A stretch of DNA of 64,000 nucleotides from a virus: IMG/VR virus record IMGVR_UViG_3300037486_000582, positions 1 to 64,000 of that record; one strand, given 5' to 3'. The translations under genes were made by a program, and so were the position numbers. The notes beneath the pieces were generated by a model. The model saw nothing but the letters and a program-made list of their open reading frames with translations, did no database searches and had not been told where the DNA came from. Within the stretch, counting starts at the first letter, position 1. Each line of letters opens with the position of its first letter. This document shows positions 9,156 through 19,054 of the stretch, piece after piece.

Positions 9156-10925
9156 CTAGTGCAGCCGCCAGTTGCCCGGCGTGCTCGCTCCGCCAAGAGC
9201 GGAGAGGCTCAGCTCGAGGTGGTCGATGACCTCCTCGGTCTGCGGTTCGATGATGCGCCCGAGGTGCGTGTGCGCGGGCTTCATCAGGTCCACGATGTCT
9301 TCGATCCGGTCGCGCTGTTCATCCGTCAGGTTGACCGCCGAGATGATGTCGAACGTGTAGAGCAACCGCCGCTCTCCCGGTCCCAGCACCGCGTAGTTGG
9401 CGGGGATGACGTAGTCGTTCGAGAGCTCCTTGCCCGGGCCGGGCGGTGGGCTTTGGCCGTCCAGGGTTGGGTTGTCGCTCGCGGCAAGCTCCCAGCCATC
9501 GCCGTTGAAGACGTCGACGGTAACGGTGAGGCCGAGCAAGAACAGGATGACCGAGGTGACACCGACCTCCGTCCCCTTGAGCTTGTAGATGTCGATAAGC
9601 ACCCGGAGCAGCCGCCGCTTGTCGACCTCCGTCAGCTCGAGGAAACGGAAGGGGTTGCCCATGTCGGCGAGCATCGCGTCGAGGAAGTCCTCCGGCGCGA
9701 GGTCCGGGTCGAGGATCGTGGACCAGCGGTCGATCTCACACAGGAGCAGCCAGATGACGTCCTGCTTGCAGGCTGCGTACATGGCGAGTTCGCCGGTGAC
9801 GTCCTCCGTCCTGTTCATCTGCGGAAGCAGTTCGAGGTACAAGAACCGCCGGCCGGCCGGAGCACACCCCGGGAGCGACGTGAAGCTCGCACTGTTCGTC
9901 GGCGGGGACACGGCGTTCCCGACCAGGTCCTCGACGGCGACGACCGTGACCTCGTAGATGGACCCGAAGGCGAACTCCACGTTGACCGTCACGTCCACCG
10001 TGAAGGCGTCGACAGCCGCGACGCTGACCGCCACAACGTCCACGGTCGGGACGGAGCCCGGCTCGAACTCGTAGTTCTCCGGGTTCAGCGCGTCGTCGGC
10101 AGCCGCCGCGTCCGTCATCTTCACCGGCTCGGCGAAGACGATTCGGACCACGTCGAGCGTCTGCGGTGTCGCGGTGAGGACGGACGGCGGAGTCTCGTCC
10201 GCGGTGTAGAAGGCGTAGGACTCGGCCAGGCTGCTCACGGCCTCGGCGACGTCGACCTCGACGCGGGAGTCGCTGACGAAGTCCGCGGCCGGGACGATCA
10301 CGATGCGGAGCGTGGCCGCGTCCGGGTTGCTTGTCGTGCCGGAGAACCCGGGCTGGAAGCCGCCCGCCCCGCCGTCGTAGGCCAGGACCAGGTCGATGGC
10401 GACCGTCACCCCGGTCGACGCTGGCGCGGTGCCGTCTCCGTCGTGGAGTTCCAGCGCGACCCCGCCGTCGAGCGGGTGGCCGACCTCTGCCGGCTCGGGC
10501 AGTCGGTTGATGAGCTGCACGACCGGGGCGAAGTCGGTCCCGCTGTGGAGCAGCAGATCAAACGCGAGCCCCGCATTCGCCGTCCCGCCCGTGACCTGGA
10601 CCGAGCCGACCACGCCCCACGAGCCCGTCGTGAGGCGGACCTTGCCTCCGTCCACGGAGGCACTTGCCCCGACGAGCCCGCCCGTCGTCCGGTTGATGCA
10701 GGCGACGACCTCTTCGGCGGTGGCCTCCGTTATGTCGTCGAAGTCCACGGCGGCGAAGGCGACCGTCTGACCCGCCCCTCCGTCGGCCTGGATGACGAGC
10801 GTCTGACCGTCGAGCAGCGCGAACGGCTCGGCATTCCCGGACAGGACCGTTCCATGGACGGCGTCCCCGACGTCCTCGGCAACGAGGTCCAGCGCGATGC
10901 CTGGAAGTGTGACCGTCGTGGCCAT
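9156..10925 (-). CDS. Baseplate wedge protein (P2 gpI-like C-terminus, Ig-like N-terminus)
   Basis: Start moved to ATG 10925 (TGATG overlap); DPDLAPEDFLDAMLADMG, YKLKGT and MKPAHT motifs. Confidence 0.75.
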   Translation of the reverse strand: MATTVTLPGIALDLVAEDVGDAVHGTVLSGNAEPFALLDGQTLVIQADGGAGQTVAFAAVDFDDITEATAEEVVACINRTTGGLVGASASVDGGKVRLTTGSWGVVGSVQVTGGTANAGLAFDLLLHSGTDFAPVVQLINRLPEPAEVGHPLDGGVALELHDGDGTAPASTGVTVAIDLVLAYDGGAGGFQPGFSGTTSNPDAATLRIVIVPAADFVSDSRVEVDVAEAVSSLAESYAFYTADETPPSVLTATPQTLDVVRIVFAEPVKMTDAAAADDALNPENYEFEPGSVPTVDVVAVSVAAVDAFTVDVTVNVEFAFGSIYEVTVVAVEDLVGNAVSPPTNSASFTSLPGCAPAGRRFLYLELLPQMNRTEDVTGELAMYAACKQDVIWLLLCEIDRWSTILDPDLAPEDFLDAMLADMGNPFRFLELTEVDKRRLLRVLIDIYKLKGTEVGVTSVILFLLGLTVTVDVFNGDGWELAASDNPTLDGQSPPPGPGKELSNDYVIPANYAVLGPGERRLLYTFDIISAVNLTDEQRDRIEDIVDLMKPAHTHLGRIIEPQTEEVIDHLELSLSALGGASTPGNWRLH

Positions 10926-11323
10926 CAGGCAGCCTTCAGCTCCAGCCGAAAGGCGAGCGTGTCGCCGCCGCCAGCGGCCACCGTCGGGACGGCGATGTCG
11001 CGCAACGCCAGCGTCCGTGGTTCGGCACGCAAGCGCCTCGTGTAGCGGACCGACCCGTTCAGCCTGGCCGTGAACTCCCATTCCACAGCTGGGCTTGTGG
11101 GAAGCGTGGCTGGGAGCGCGACGTTGACCTGGACACGGACGAGCGCCGCTTGCCCGTCGAAGGTGATTCCGGTCTGGCGCACCTCGACGTAGTCGCCGAT
11201 GTTGAAGCTCCCGCCCTCTCGGCGCGCGTGCCCAAGCTCGAACACGTAGCCCCCGGACATCTCGTTGCTCGGGATGCGCCCCTGGTCTTCAGCGAGGTCG
11301 CGCTGGAATGGCGACAGAGCCAC
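10925..11323 (-). CDS. Hypothetical tail/baseplate-associated protein
   Basis: 132 aa; coupled within the tail operon. Confidence 0.6.
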   Translation of the reverse strand: MALSPFQRDLAEDQGRIPSNEMSGGYVFELGHARREGGSFNIGDYVEVRQTGITFDGQAALVRVQVNVALPATLPTSPAVEWEFTARLNGSVRYTRRLRAEPRTLALRDIAVPTVAAGGGDTLAFRLELKAA

Positions 11324-11332
11324 GGTCCCTCC

Positions 11333-12061
11333 TTACAGCTGGCGGGCGATCTCGAGATGGTCGAAGAACGCGCGCCTCGTCACGTCCTCGACGCGGAACG
11401 CGAACCCGCCCCGGCCACTGGTGAAGGGCGGGCTGCCGGTGTTCACGCCGAGGGCATCGTCCACGAACCCGGCGATGGCTGGGTACTGTGGCCCCTCCAT
11501 CCCTGGGATGAGCGCCCACACAGGCGCCGTCACCGGGTTGACGCCCAGGTCGTTCTGGAAGCACTGGAGCAACACGTCGCCCGTTCCCTGGACGATCATG
11601 TCCAGGCGGAGGTGGTGCCACTCGTCTTCCGAGAAGCTGGCGCTGCTCCGCAGCAAGACGTCGGTCGTCGGCGGATTCGGAACGTCGTCTGGCAGCCCGC
11701 CCACGATGGACCCCTTGCGGAGCACGATGTGGTGCGGGTCGTCGTCGCCGAGGCCGAGCAGGTACCCCTGATCCGTGACCGCACCGCCCTGGAGTCCGCC
11801 GAACAGGAACGGCGCGAAGCCTATCGGCCCGCCGCCGGGAGCGCGCTTGATCGCACCGCGGATCGAGCAGCCCTTGACCATCGGCACGAAGCTCGCCTGG
11901 TTGTTGTGGAGGGCGACGGCGCCGTCCACTATGGCCCGGCTGTTGAAGCCGTAGACGAAGGAGCCGCCTCCGTTGGGCTTCGCCACACCGGCTGTCACAC
12001 CCCGAGCCACGCTCCCGATGCCGAGGCCTCCGGTCAGGAAGGTCCACTCTGATTCAGCCAT
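11333..12061 (-). CDS. Hypothetical tail-associated beta-rich protein
   Basis: 242 aa; WHHLRLD strand pattern suggests a lectin/ConA-like fold. Confidence 0.6.
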   Translation of the reverse strand: MAESEWTFLTGGLGIGSVARGVTAGVAKPNGGGSFVYGFNSRAIVDGAVALHNNQASFVPMVKGCSIRGAIKRAPGGGPIGFAPFLFGGLQGGAVTDQGYLLGLGDDDPHHIVLRKGSIVGGLPDDVPNPPTTDVLLRSSASFSEDEWHHLRLDMIVQGTGDVLLQCFQNDLGVNPVTAPVWALIPGMEGPQYPAIAGFVDDALGVNTGSPPFTSGRGGFAFRVEDVTRRAFFDHLEIARQL

Positions 12062-12070
12062 GGCGTTCTC

Positions 12071-12976
12071 CTACACTCCGGTCAACTCCGTCGCCCACCA
12101 CCAAGTCGTGTCGTGTCTCGCCGAGTGCTGTCCGAAGCCGACGTCCGTCCCGCCGACGATCGTCCCTCCGGCCACCGCCGCGAGCTGGAACGTGTCGGCC
12201 GTCTTGTTCTGGACGACGTACTCGGTCTCCGTGAGGAAGCCGTTCGGCAGCCGGCCTCCGGAGTTCGTGAGCGTGACCGCCCAGCCGTTCTGAAGGCCGT
12301 GTCCGACCTTCGTCCAGACGTCCGTCGCCGGCGCAAAGATGGCGGCGACCAGGTCGAGCAGCGTCCCCTCGAACCCATCGTACCCGGCCACGCTCGTGTA
12401 TCCGATCGCGAAGTAGGCCGGACCAATGTCCGTCAGAAGGCCGACGAACGCCGGGATGAAGTCCTCGTTGTCGCGCCACTCCGTCTCGAACCCGTCGTAG
12501 GGCTGCGGGCTCGACCCGAACGACGCGAAGACGATGTTGTCCCCTGGGATCAACGCCGGGATGAGCTCGTCGCTTACCGTCGGCCACGTCTCGAACCCGT
12601 CGAACGGCGGGTCGTCGATGAGGAACTCGTTGAACATCGCGAACACAAGCGGCAGCGAGTAGTAGGTGAACGGACCCATGCTGGACTCCGGCCAGCCGTT
12701 CTCAAAGTCCTCGCGCGGCCGCCCTCCCGGGGCGCAGAAGAAGGCGGGGTACAGGTCGTCGAAGTAGCTCGCGTACCCTTCGATGACGCCGACGGTGAAG
12801 CCGGCCGGCCACTCGCCTTCGAACGTCTCCTGTCCCCGCGTTGCGGCGTCGGCAACGGCGACGGTGAACTCGGCGTATTCCTCGGCGGTGTAGACCTCGA
12901 CGACGTCCCAGCCTTCGGCTTCTCCGGGTCCGCCGCCCGTCTTCCGCTGCTCGAAATCGCCGTTCGAGATCGACAT
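12071..12976 (-). CDS. Acidic tail-associated protein with FExxW repeats
   Basis: 301 aa; FEGEW, FENGW, FETW, FETEW and FEGT repeats. Confidence 0.65.
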   Translation of the reverse strand: MSISNGDFEQRKTGGGPGEAEGWDVVEVYTAEEYAEFTVAVADAATRGQETFEGEWPAGFTVGVIEGYASYFDDLYPAFFCAPGGRPREDFENGWPESSMGPFTYYSLPLVFAMFNEFLIDDPPFDGFETWPTVSDELIPALIPGDNIVFASFGSSPQPYDGFETEWRDNEDFIPAFVGLLTDIGPAYFAIGYTSVAGYDGFEGTLLDLVAAIFAPATDVWTKVGHGLQNGWAVTLTNSGGRLPNGFLTETEYVVQNKTADTFQLAAVAGGTIVGGTDVGFGQHSARHDTTWWWATELTGV

Positions 12977-12979
12977 CGG

Positions 12980-14497
12980 CTACACCAGCACCCCACCCGT
13001 GTCCCCGTTCAGCAGGACCACGGTTCCCAGCACGGGGAACTGCTGCACCGCGATGGCGACGTCGCGCTGCTCGCCGTTGAGCAGGAAGCTGCCGAGCCGG
13101 TCGCCGACCTTCCGGACCCCGGTCGTGTCGCGAACCACGTCGAAGACGTCGCTCCAGGCGATCTCTCCGGCCGGGTCGCCGTTCGCGTTGCGGTAGTTCA
13201 GGCCGAAGTCCACGGTCAGGTTCGGGCTCCCGTCGTCGTTCTCCAAGGCGAAGAACACGGCGAGGTTCGCCCGGATGGCCGCGTCCACCGTGGCCGGCGC
13301 AGCGCCCTGTGCCAGATAGACCGTGGCCTGGACGTTGACCGTGAGGTACTCGGGGTCGACGACGTCCACGACGAACGTCAGCGTGTGCGGATACGTCGTG
13401 GTGACGGCGGCGAGGACGTCGTCCTTGAGTACTGTGGTCGGGAGCCCGCCTCCAGAGGGGACGACGTGGAGCTTGCCCGCGTTCTCGTCGATGACGGCGC
13501 GTTCGTTGGACGTGAGCATGAGCGCCCGGGCAACACCCGCAACCTGGCGCGCGACGATCTCAAAGTCCTCGCGGGCGACCGTCCTGTTCAGCACCCGGAT
13601 GCTCTCCGGTGCGTTGTACCGAATCTGCTCGACCGTCTCGCGGTTCGCACCTCCGTTGGCCGGGTCGGTGTTCGTCACGGCGGTAAGCGTGACCGGGTTG
13701 CCGAGGTTGTCCGTGTAGTTCCTGTCCGCCTTCTGGATGGCCCCGGCGACGACGTTCCCGTCCCGTCCGCCGCCCGTCTTGTAGCCGACGGTGATGGCCC
13801 CGCTCGGGATGGTGCCGTTGATGCCGTTTCCGAAGGTGATGGTCGCCCGGTCGTTCTCGTCGACCTGGAGGGTGAAGTGTCGGTCCGTGCTCCCGCTGGT
13901 CAGGAAGTTGTCGACCTCCGTGTACGTTCCGTCGGTCGCAGTCACGACGGCCGAGCCGTCCAGATAGGGCGAGTCGCTGAAGACGATGGACTGGTTGGCC
14001 AGACCGTTGCTCGAGAAGACCTCCGAAGCGTTCGCGCTGTGCTCGACCGTGAGGATGATGACGGGCGGGTTCGTTCCGGCAGGCATGGTAACGCCGGCGA
14101 GCAACTGAAACACGACAGGGTCGGTAATCTCCAGGGTTCGGAACGTGTCCCCGGCCGCGAAGGTGACGGAGCCGACGGGCGGCACGGCAAGGGTCACGGT
14201 GACCTCCGCCGCGGCGGCTGCTGCTCCGCCCGGTTCGTAGCCGATGAGCTTCACGAGGCCGAGCAGGTTCTTCCGCAGTTGCGCGGAGGTGATGCGGCTC
14301 TCGTCGGCTTGCCTGTCTTGGTAGAACAGAAGGATGTCGCCAACGAAGGCAAACGATTCCAACAGGATGTTCCCGATGTTCGCGATGTTGAAGTCGGTCC
14401 ACTCCGGGAAGGCTGAGCGCACGAGCGAAATGAGACGCGCCCGCAGGCTGTCGAAGTCCTTGTCCGTGTAGTCGACGTTCTGCCCGAGGAGTGCCAT
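12980..14497 (-). CDS. Baseplate J / gp6-like wedge protein
   Basis: DYTDKDFDSLR, PEWTDFN, FGNGINGTIP and RTVAREDFE motifs. Confidence 0.9.
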   Translation of the reverse strand: MALLGQNVDYTDKDFDSLRARLISLVRSAFPEWTDFNIANIGNILLESFAFVGDILLFYQDRQADESRITSAQLRKNLLGLVKLIGYEPGGAAAAAAEVTVTLAVPPVGSVTFAAGDTFRTLEITDPVVFQLLAGVTMPAGTNPPVIILTVEHSANASEVFSSNGLANQSIVFSDSPYLDGSAVVTATDGTYTEVDNFLTSGSTDRHFTLQVDENDRATITFGNGINGTIPSGAITVGYKTGGGRDGNVVAGAIQKADRNYTDNLGNPVTLTAVTNTDPANGGANRETVEQIRYNAPESIRVLNRTVAREDFEIVARQVAGVARALMLTSNERAVIDENAGKLHVVPSGGGLPTTVLKDDVLAAVTTTYPHTLTFVVDVVDPEYLTVNVQATVYLAQGAAPATVDAAIRANLAVFFALENDDGSPNLTVDFGLNYRNANGDPAGEIAWSDVFDVVRDTTGVRKVGDRLGSFLLNGEQRDVAIAVQQFPVLGTVVLLNGDTGGVLV

Positions 14498-14504
14498 CGG
14501 GGAG

Positions 14505-14515
14505 AGCATACCGCA
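14505..14515 (-). promoter_or_regulatory. Putative late-promoter -10 element TGCGGTATGCT, 7 nt before ATG (leaderless)
   Basis: The identical 11-mer with the same spacing precedes the terminase ATG. Confidence 0.5.
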
Positions 14516-14522
14516 GCCGGAG

Positions 14523-15041
14523 CTACAGAGCGATATCTACCTCGGCTCCGGTGAGGATGACGGCGTTGCCCGGGCGGTTGCTGCTCACGACATCGTACCG
14601 CACGCGGAGGGCCATGGCGACCTCGCCGAGCCCGGGCACGTCCTGCGACTTCACCTCGACTCCGGTGACCCGGACGCGCGGCTCCCACCGACCGATTGCC
14701 TCTGCAACGTAGACGCGGGCCAGCTCCCGGGTCGTCGGATCGTTGTTCCTGTGCCGGATGAGGTACAGGAGGCTTCCGAACTCGGTTCTCCAGCGCACCT
14801 CCCCGCCCGCGTAGTCGCAGTCGCAGCGCGTTCCCAGCACCTGTCCGACGCACGAGGCGATCAGCTTCTGACCGCCGGCCGTGGCCCAGTCGTGCTTGAT
14901 GTCCCGCCGCCATGGTCGGACTGGCCCGAAGCCGAGGAAGTCAGCGAGCCCGCCGGGTGCCGGGCCGGGCGCGAACGTGGGAGCAGCCGGCCCCGGAACC
15001 GCCCCGCCGCCCGCGACTGGGTATGTTGCGTCCCTGCTCAT
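14523..15041 (-). CDS. Baseplate GPW/gp25-family protein
   Basis: VLGT..GEVRWRTEFGSLL and AIGRWEPRVRV motifs. Confidence 0.9.
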   Translation of the reverse strand: MSRDATYPVAGGGAVPGPAAPTFAPGPAPGGLADFLGFGPVRPWRRDIKHDWATAGGQKLIASCVGQVLGTRCDCDYAGGEVRWRTEFGSLLYLIRHRNNDPTTRELARVYVAEAIGRWEPRVRVTGVEVKSQDVPGLGEVAMALRVRYDVVSSNRPGNAVILTGAEVDIAL

Positions 15042-15042
15042 C

Positions 15043-15513
15043 TCAGACCATGTTACCGCTCTTGTCGACCGACCACACGCGAAGCGTGAGTACCATGCCG
15101 GCAGGCCACCCGCCGGCTCGTCGCAAGAAGTACCGGAACCCGTCCGTGATGGCCGTCCTGTAGGAGTGGCCGACGTAGCGAGGCATGAAGCTGCTCCCGT
15201 CGTGGACCAGCTCCACGAGCTCCGTCCCGGACTCGATGATCGCCAGGAACGTGAGCCGCAGGCCGGAGCCCGGATCGGTCACGTCTACGGTGATCGTGCC
15301 CCCCGGCTGCAGGGTCGTCCCCGGCGTCGGGGCGACGAAGGTCACGACAGGCGGGTCCGGGTCCGGGGTTGGCGGAGCTGGGCAGGGATACGGCCAGGGG
15401 TAGACCAACTCCCCGATCGGGTCCGTTTCTGGGTACACCGTGGCAAACCGCGGGTCCCCGTCCAAGAGTGGCCCACCCCCAAGGAACTCCACCAAGTAGA
15501 TAGTTGTCGCCAC
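15043..15513 (-). CDS. Hypothetical protein with Ig-like C-terminus
   Basis: 156 aa; PPVVT...VTD..SG...VDKSGN Ig-like pattern. Confidence 0.6.
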   Translation of the reverse strand: MATTIYLVEFLGGGPLLDGDPRFATVYPETDPIGELVYPWPYPCPAPPTPDPDPPVVTFVAPTPGTTLQPGGTITVDVTDPGSGLRLTFLAIIESGTELVELVHDGSSFMPRYVGHSYRTAITDGFRYFLRRAGGWPAGMVLTLRVWSVDKSGNMV

Positions 15514-15525
15514 GAGTTCCGCCTC

Positions 15526-17526
15526 CTACGGCGCGAGCGCCTCGCCGTCCCACTCCCAGATGACTCCGTAGCCGAGGTGCAAGAAGGCATTCGCGTCGAA
15601 GGTCAGGATCTCGGCCATGTTCGCCCGCCCCTGGTGCTGCCCGAAGTCGCTCTGCCAGTAGCTGCTCTGGCCGACCGCGCCCACCGGGTCGCGCATGACA
15701 ATGAACGGACGCATCCATTCCGTCCCGTCGATTGGGTTGGCCTTCGCCAGCGAGTACAGCTCGGGCTCGTAGTCGTCGCTCGTCCCGAGCCCGAGCCCAA
15801 GCTGGGCGATGCTCAACTCGCAAGCGAGCCCGTCGCCACCGAACCCTGTTCCGCTGTACCCGAACCGTGTTGCGGCTGCGTCGAAGTACAACGCGCTCAC
15901 GGAAGAGAGCACTTCCCACTGAGCCAGAATCGCAAAGGTCTCCTCCGCGCTGTCGAGCCACGCGGGGAGGTCCGTCCGCGTGAAGCCGACCGTGAACGCG
16001 CCGTGCTCGTGCGTGCCATCCGCGTCCATCACCGCGAAGGCGAAGAAGGAGCAGTCCTCGTCGGTCATGACGAAGACGCGACTCTTCGTGTCCGCGGTTC
16101 CGTAGGTGTAATGCCCTCGCCAGGTGTGCATCAGCGGCGTGTTGCCGCCGCCGCTTACGTTCCGCGTCCACGTCGCGCAGCGATTCCGCATACACGACGC
16201 CCCGGTCAGATAGAAGTGCCCGTTCGAGAAGTCGAAGTCCGTGTCCTCAGGAGCAGCCCAGAGTTGCGAGTTCTTCGAGGCCTGGGCGGATGTCTGGTTC
16301 TGACGAAGGAAGAAGCGCCACTTCGACGCGTGGGGCGACTCGACTCCGAACCCAGCCGACTGCTGCCAAAGCGGCATGGTCGAGTTCGGGACGCTCCTGA
16401 TGTGGACGATCCGCCACCGCAATCCAGTAGCTGCCACCAGGACCTTCGTTGACGAGCGGAGGTTCAGCGTGACCTGGCCACCACCCGCATCGCCAGCGAT
16501 CTCGTAGCACCCAGAGTTCTTCGGGTTTGTCGCGTCCCAGACGAACAGGTGCATTCCAACGACGCCACCGTCGCAGATGAACCCGCTCGACACGGAGAAC
16601 CTATCCGGCGCGGCGATGACCCCGGTGGCCTCGCCCGCCGCCCATATCCAGCCTTCGAACAGCGACCTGTGGGCGCTCATCCCCTCGACGTACAGCGTGC
16701 CCGCGCCGCTGGCGACCAAGCGCACATAGCAGCTTCCAGACCCGTTGACGTAGAACGTGAAGCGTTGAAGCTCTGCAGCCCCGCCGCCGGTGGGCAGCAA
16801 CGAGCCGACCGACGCGAAGACCCCGGTTCCGGGGTCGACCTGGACGTCCCAAGCAGGCCCGCCATTCGACGCCAGCACGACGAGCTCGTACCGTCGCTGG
16901 ATTCGATAGGCGACCGTGTAGATGCTCGAGTAGCTCTCCGCGATGCCGGCCGGGTTGTAGAAGACCAGCTTCGTCAGGTTGTCGTCGTCGGGGCCGCCCT
17001 GCTTCAGAATGCGGAAACTGCCATTGTTGCTCGGCCTGACAGAACCGCTGATCGTGATCTGCTGATTCGAGTGCTCGTGATCGAAATACGTGGACCCGCG
17101 GGTCAGCGTCATGAACCCATTGGTCGGGCCGCTCAACGTGTCCCCGTTGGCCGTTGCTGTGACCGTGGGAGCAGTCATAGCCAGTAGAGCAGCGGTCGTG
17201 AAGCCATTGCCCGCCGCGCCGACGACGGCTTTGAGCCGGCGCACCCCCGTCACGACGCCGACCGTCTCCTTTGACAGCGTGCAGGAGCCGTACTGGGAGA
17301 AGAGAGCCGCGTCGACCGCCTGGACGTTGCCATCCTGAACGTGGTTTGGGTTGAGCGCGTGGGTACCCACCTCGCCGTCGCATTCCCACAGCCACTCCCA
17401 TCCGGTTGGCCCGGCGACACGAAGGAAGTGGAACAGCAGCGCGTTCGCTCGGTTGTGGTTGCCGCCCGCGATGTAGTCCTGCGTGTCGGTGAGCAGGACG
17501 TCATGGACCCAGTGCTTCGTTGCCAT
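15526..17526 (-). CDS. Putative tail/virion accessory protein
   Basis: 666 aa, beta-rich; two NxGxY/FxI motifs; in the baseplate region. Confidence 0.6.
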   Translation of the reverse strand: MATKHWVHDVLLTDTQDYIAGGNHNRANALLFHFLRVAGPTGWEWLWECDGEVGTHALNPNHVQDGNVQAVDAALFSQYGSCTLSKETVGVVTGVRRLKAVVGAAGNGFTTAALLAMTAPTVTATANGDTLSGPTNGFMTLTRGSTYFDHEHSNQQITISGSVRPSNNGSFRILKQGGPDDDNLTKLVFYNPAGIAESYSSIYTVAYRIQRRYELVVLASNGGPAWDVQVDPGTGVFASVGSLLPTGGGAAELQRFTFYVNGSGSCYVRLVASGAGTLYVEGMSAHRSLFEGWIWAAGEATGVIAAPDRFSVSSGFICDGGVVGMHLFVWDATNPKNSGCYEIAGDAGGGQVTLNLRSSTKVLVAATGLRWRIVHIRSVPNSTMPLWQQSAGFGVESPHASKWRFFLRQNQTSAQASKNSQLWAAPEDTDFDFSNGHFYLTGASCMRNRCATWTRNVSGGGNTPLMHTWRGHYTYGTADTKSRVFVMTDEDCSFFAFAVMDADGTHEHGAFTVGFTRTDLPAWLDSAEETFAILAQWEVLSSVSALYFDAAATRFGYSGTGFGGDGLACELSIAQLGLGLGTSDDYEPELYSLAKANPIDGTEWMRPFIVMRDPVGAVGQSSYWQSDFGQHQGRANMAEILTFDANAFLHLGYGVIWEWDGEALAP

Positions 17527-17858
17527 CAGCTCCTCCAGGGGAACGGAACGTCGGTCGTGAACCGCAGCGCCGTTTCTCCAGACAGCGTGCGCACCATGAA
17601 CGTCAGCGCGTGTTGACTTGGAGGGTATCCGTCAAAGAGCCAGTCGGCCATCTCCTCCGCCGTTGGCGCGTGCGCGGCTCCACGCCAATCGGTGACGAGC
17701 TCAATTCCGTCGGCCGTGAGCGCCGAGCAACTAGCCAGGATCTCGGCCACGAGGACCTCGTCCGGGAGGTCACGACCCCCAGGGTCGAGGAACTCCATGC
17801 CGTCGAGCAGCGCCTTGAGCGCGTCCGCTGCCGTTTGGATGTCATCAAGCAACGCCAT
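17526..17858 (-). CDS. Hypothetical protein
   Basis: 110 aa; SD GAAGGAGG; TGATG overlap. Confidence 0.65.
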   Translation of the reverse strand: MALLDDIQTAADALKALLDGMEFLDPGGRDLPDEVLVAEILASCSALTADGIELVTDWRGAAHAPTAEEMADWLFDGYPPSQHALTFMVRTLSGETALRFTTDVPFPWRS

Positions 17859-17872
17859 CGGTTCCCTCCTTC

Positions 17873-19003
17873 TCAGAGCGCGCGAAGGGGAAGAGGGTCA
17901 TCTGCGCCAGCTCGCGGCACGATGATTCCAGAGTCAAGGTGCAGCCAGTTCCCCGCTGAGTCGAATGGCCGTTCCCGGTCGTAGAGCTGATAAGTCTGAC
18001 CCAGGATTGGCGGAAACCTGCCTCGCAAGTACGCACCCGTGGCCACGTTATCCATGAAGACCTCGGGGCGTCGGACGGGCGCCTTCTTCCCTCCCAAGAG
18101 CCTGAAGTGGGACTGACGATATGTCTGTGCGCTGTTCCTGTCGTCCCAGGTGCGCCGCAGCCAAGTCAAGAGCCCGTTGATTGGCCCGTCCGCGTGGTCG
18201 AGCATACGCACCGTGAGATTGTTCCCGTAGTCCGCGTGGAGATTCCCGTTCCCAAACACGAACCCAGGACGCACATCGGCAAGCGGTGCTTCATCGAGTT
18301 CGCCCCACCCAAATATGTAGGTTATAGGCGACCCATTGGAGTTCGCGAAGGCATAGATGACGACGTTCTGGCCGTCCGCGTACATGTTGAAGTGGAGCGT
18401 GAAGAGATAGTAGGCGTTGATCGCGGCGTACAAAGCGGACTCTGCTGGCACAGCGATCTTCCCTCTGGGTCTCACATACAAGTTCACGTTTCCAGACGTC
18501 GCAACAACGAAGATGCGCGCTTGCATGTTCGACGGGCTTGGCGCGTTCATGATCGTGTAGTCGGAAGCGATGAGCCAGGTGTCCAGATCAATTACTCTTC
18601 CTGGGATTCCAGTCTCGAGTAGCCATCCAGCAGGCAGCGCCGCGATGGTGGAAATGCGGATGTTGTTCGCGTCGATGCGCTCGGCGATACGGTACATGCC
18701 GCAGTTCTGGTCGTTGGCCGCGAACAGACTGATCATCGCCCCGTTCGTGACCATCGCCGTCGTGAACCGCCCGAGCGGATCGTAGATGACACGCGGGCTT
18801 GCCGGATTCACACGGAACCCGGTAGCGAACCCACCTGGCTCGTCGAGCGTCACGTTGCTCTGCCAGCGACCGCCGCCCTCGTCCGAGGAGAAGGTCCATC
18901 GAGCGACGCGCAGCAGCTCGGCAGCGACGACGGAGAACAGCGTGACACCGCGAAGCGAGGTGACGCTGGGAGCAACAAGGTTTCGGACGTGGATTCCTGC
19001 CAT
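17873..19003 (-). CDS. Putative tail/virion accessory protein, compositionally distinct
   Basis: 376 aa; SD GGAGGAG; visibly more A/T-rich codons than its neighbours. Confidence 0.65.
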   Translation of the reverse strand: MAGIHVRNLVAPSVTSLRGVTLFSVVAAELLRVARWTFSSDEGGGRWQSNVTLDEPGGFATGFRVNPASPRVIYDPLGRFTTAMVTNGAMISLFAANDQNCGMYRIAERIDANNIRISTIAALPAGWLLETGIPGRVIDLDTWLIASDYTIMNAPSPSNMQARIFVVATSGNVNLYVRPRGKIAVPAESALYAAINAYYLFTLHFNMYADGQNVVIYAFANSNGSPITYIFGWGELDEAPLADVRPGFVFGNGNLHADYGNNLTVRMLDHADGPINGLLTWLRRTWDDRNSAQTYRQSHFRLLGGKKAPVRRPEVFMDNVATGAYLRGRFPPILGQTYQLYDRERPFDSAGNWLHLDSGIIVPRAGADDPLPLRAL

Positions 19004-19054
19004 CTCTCTCTCCTCCAGCGCACGGCCAGTCTACCGCGCCCGGTACGCGCGCCC

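Noticed and set aside
6498-11045. 1,515-aa plus-strand ORF, and similar ones at 12113..14416, 22873..24936, 29728..31869 and 45578..49261
   Set aside because: Antisense shadows of motif-bearing minus-strand genes; Arg/Gly/Val-rich with no motifs, as expected in high-GC DNA
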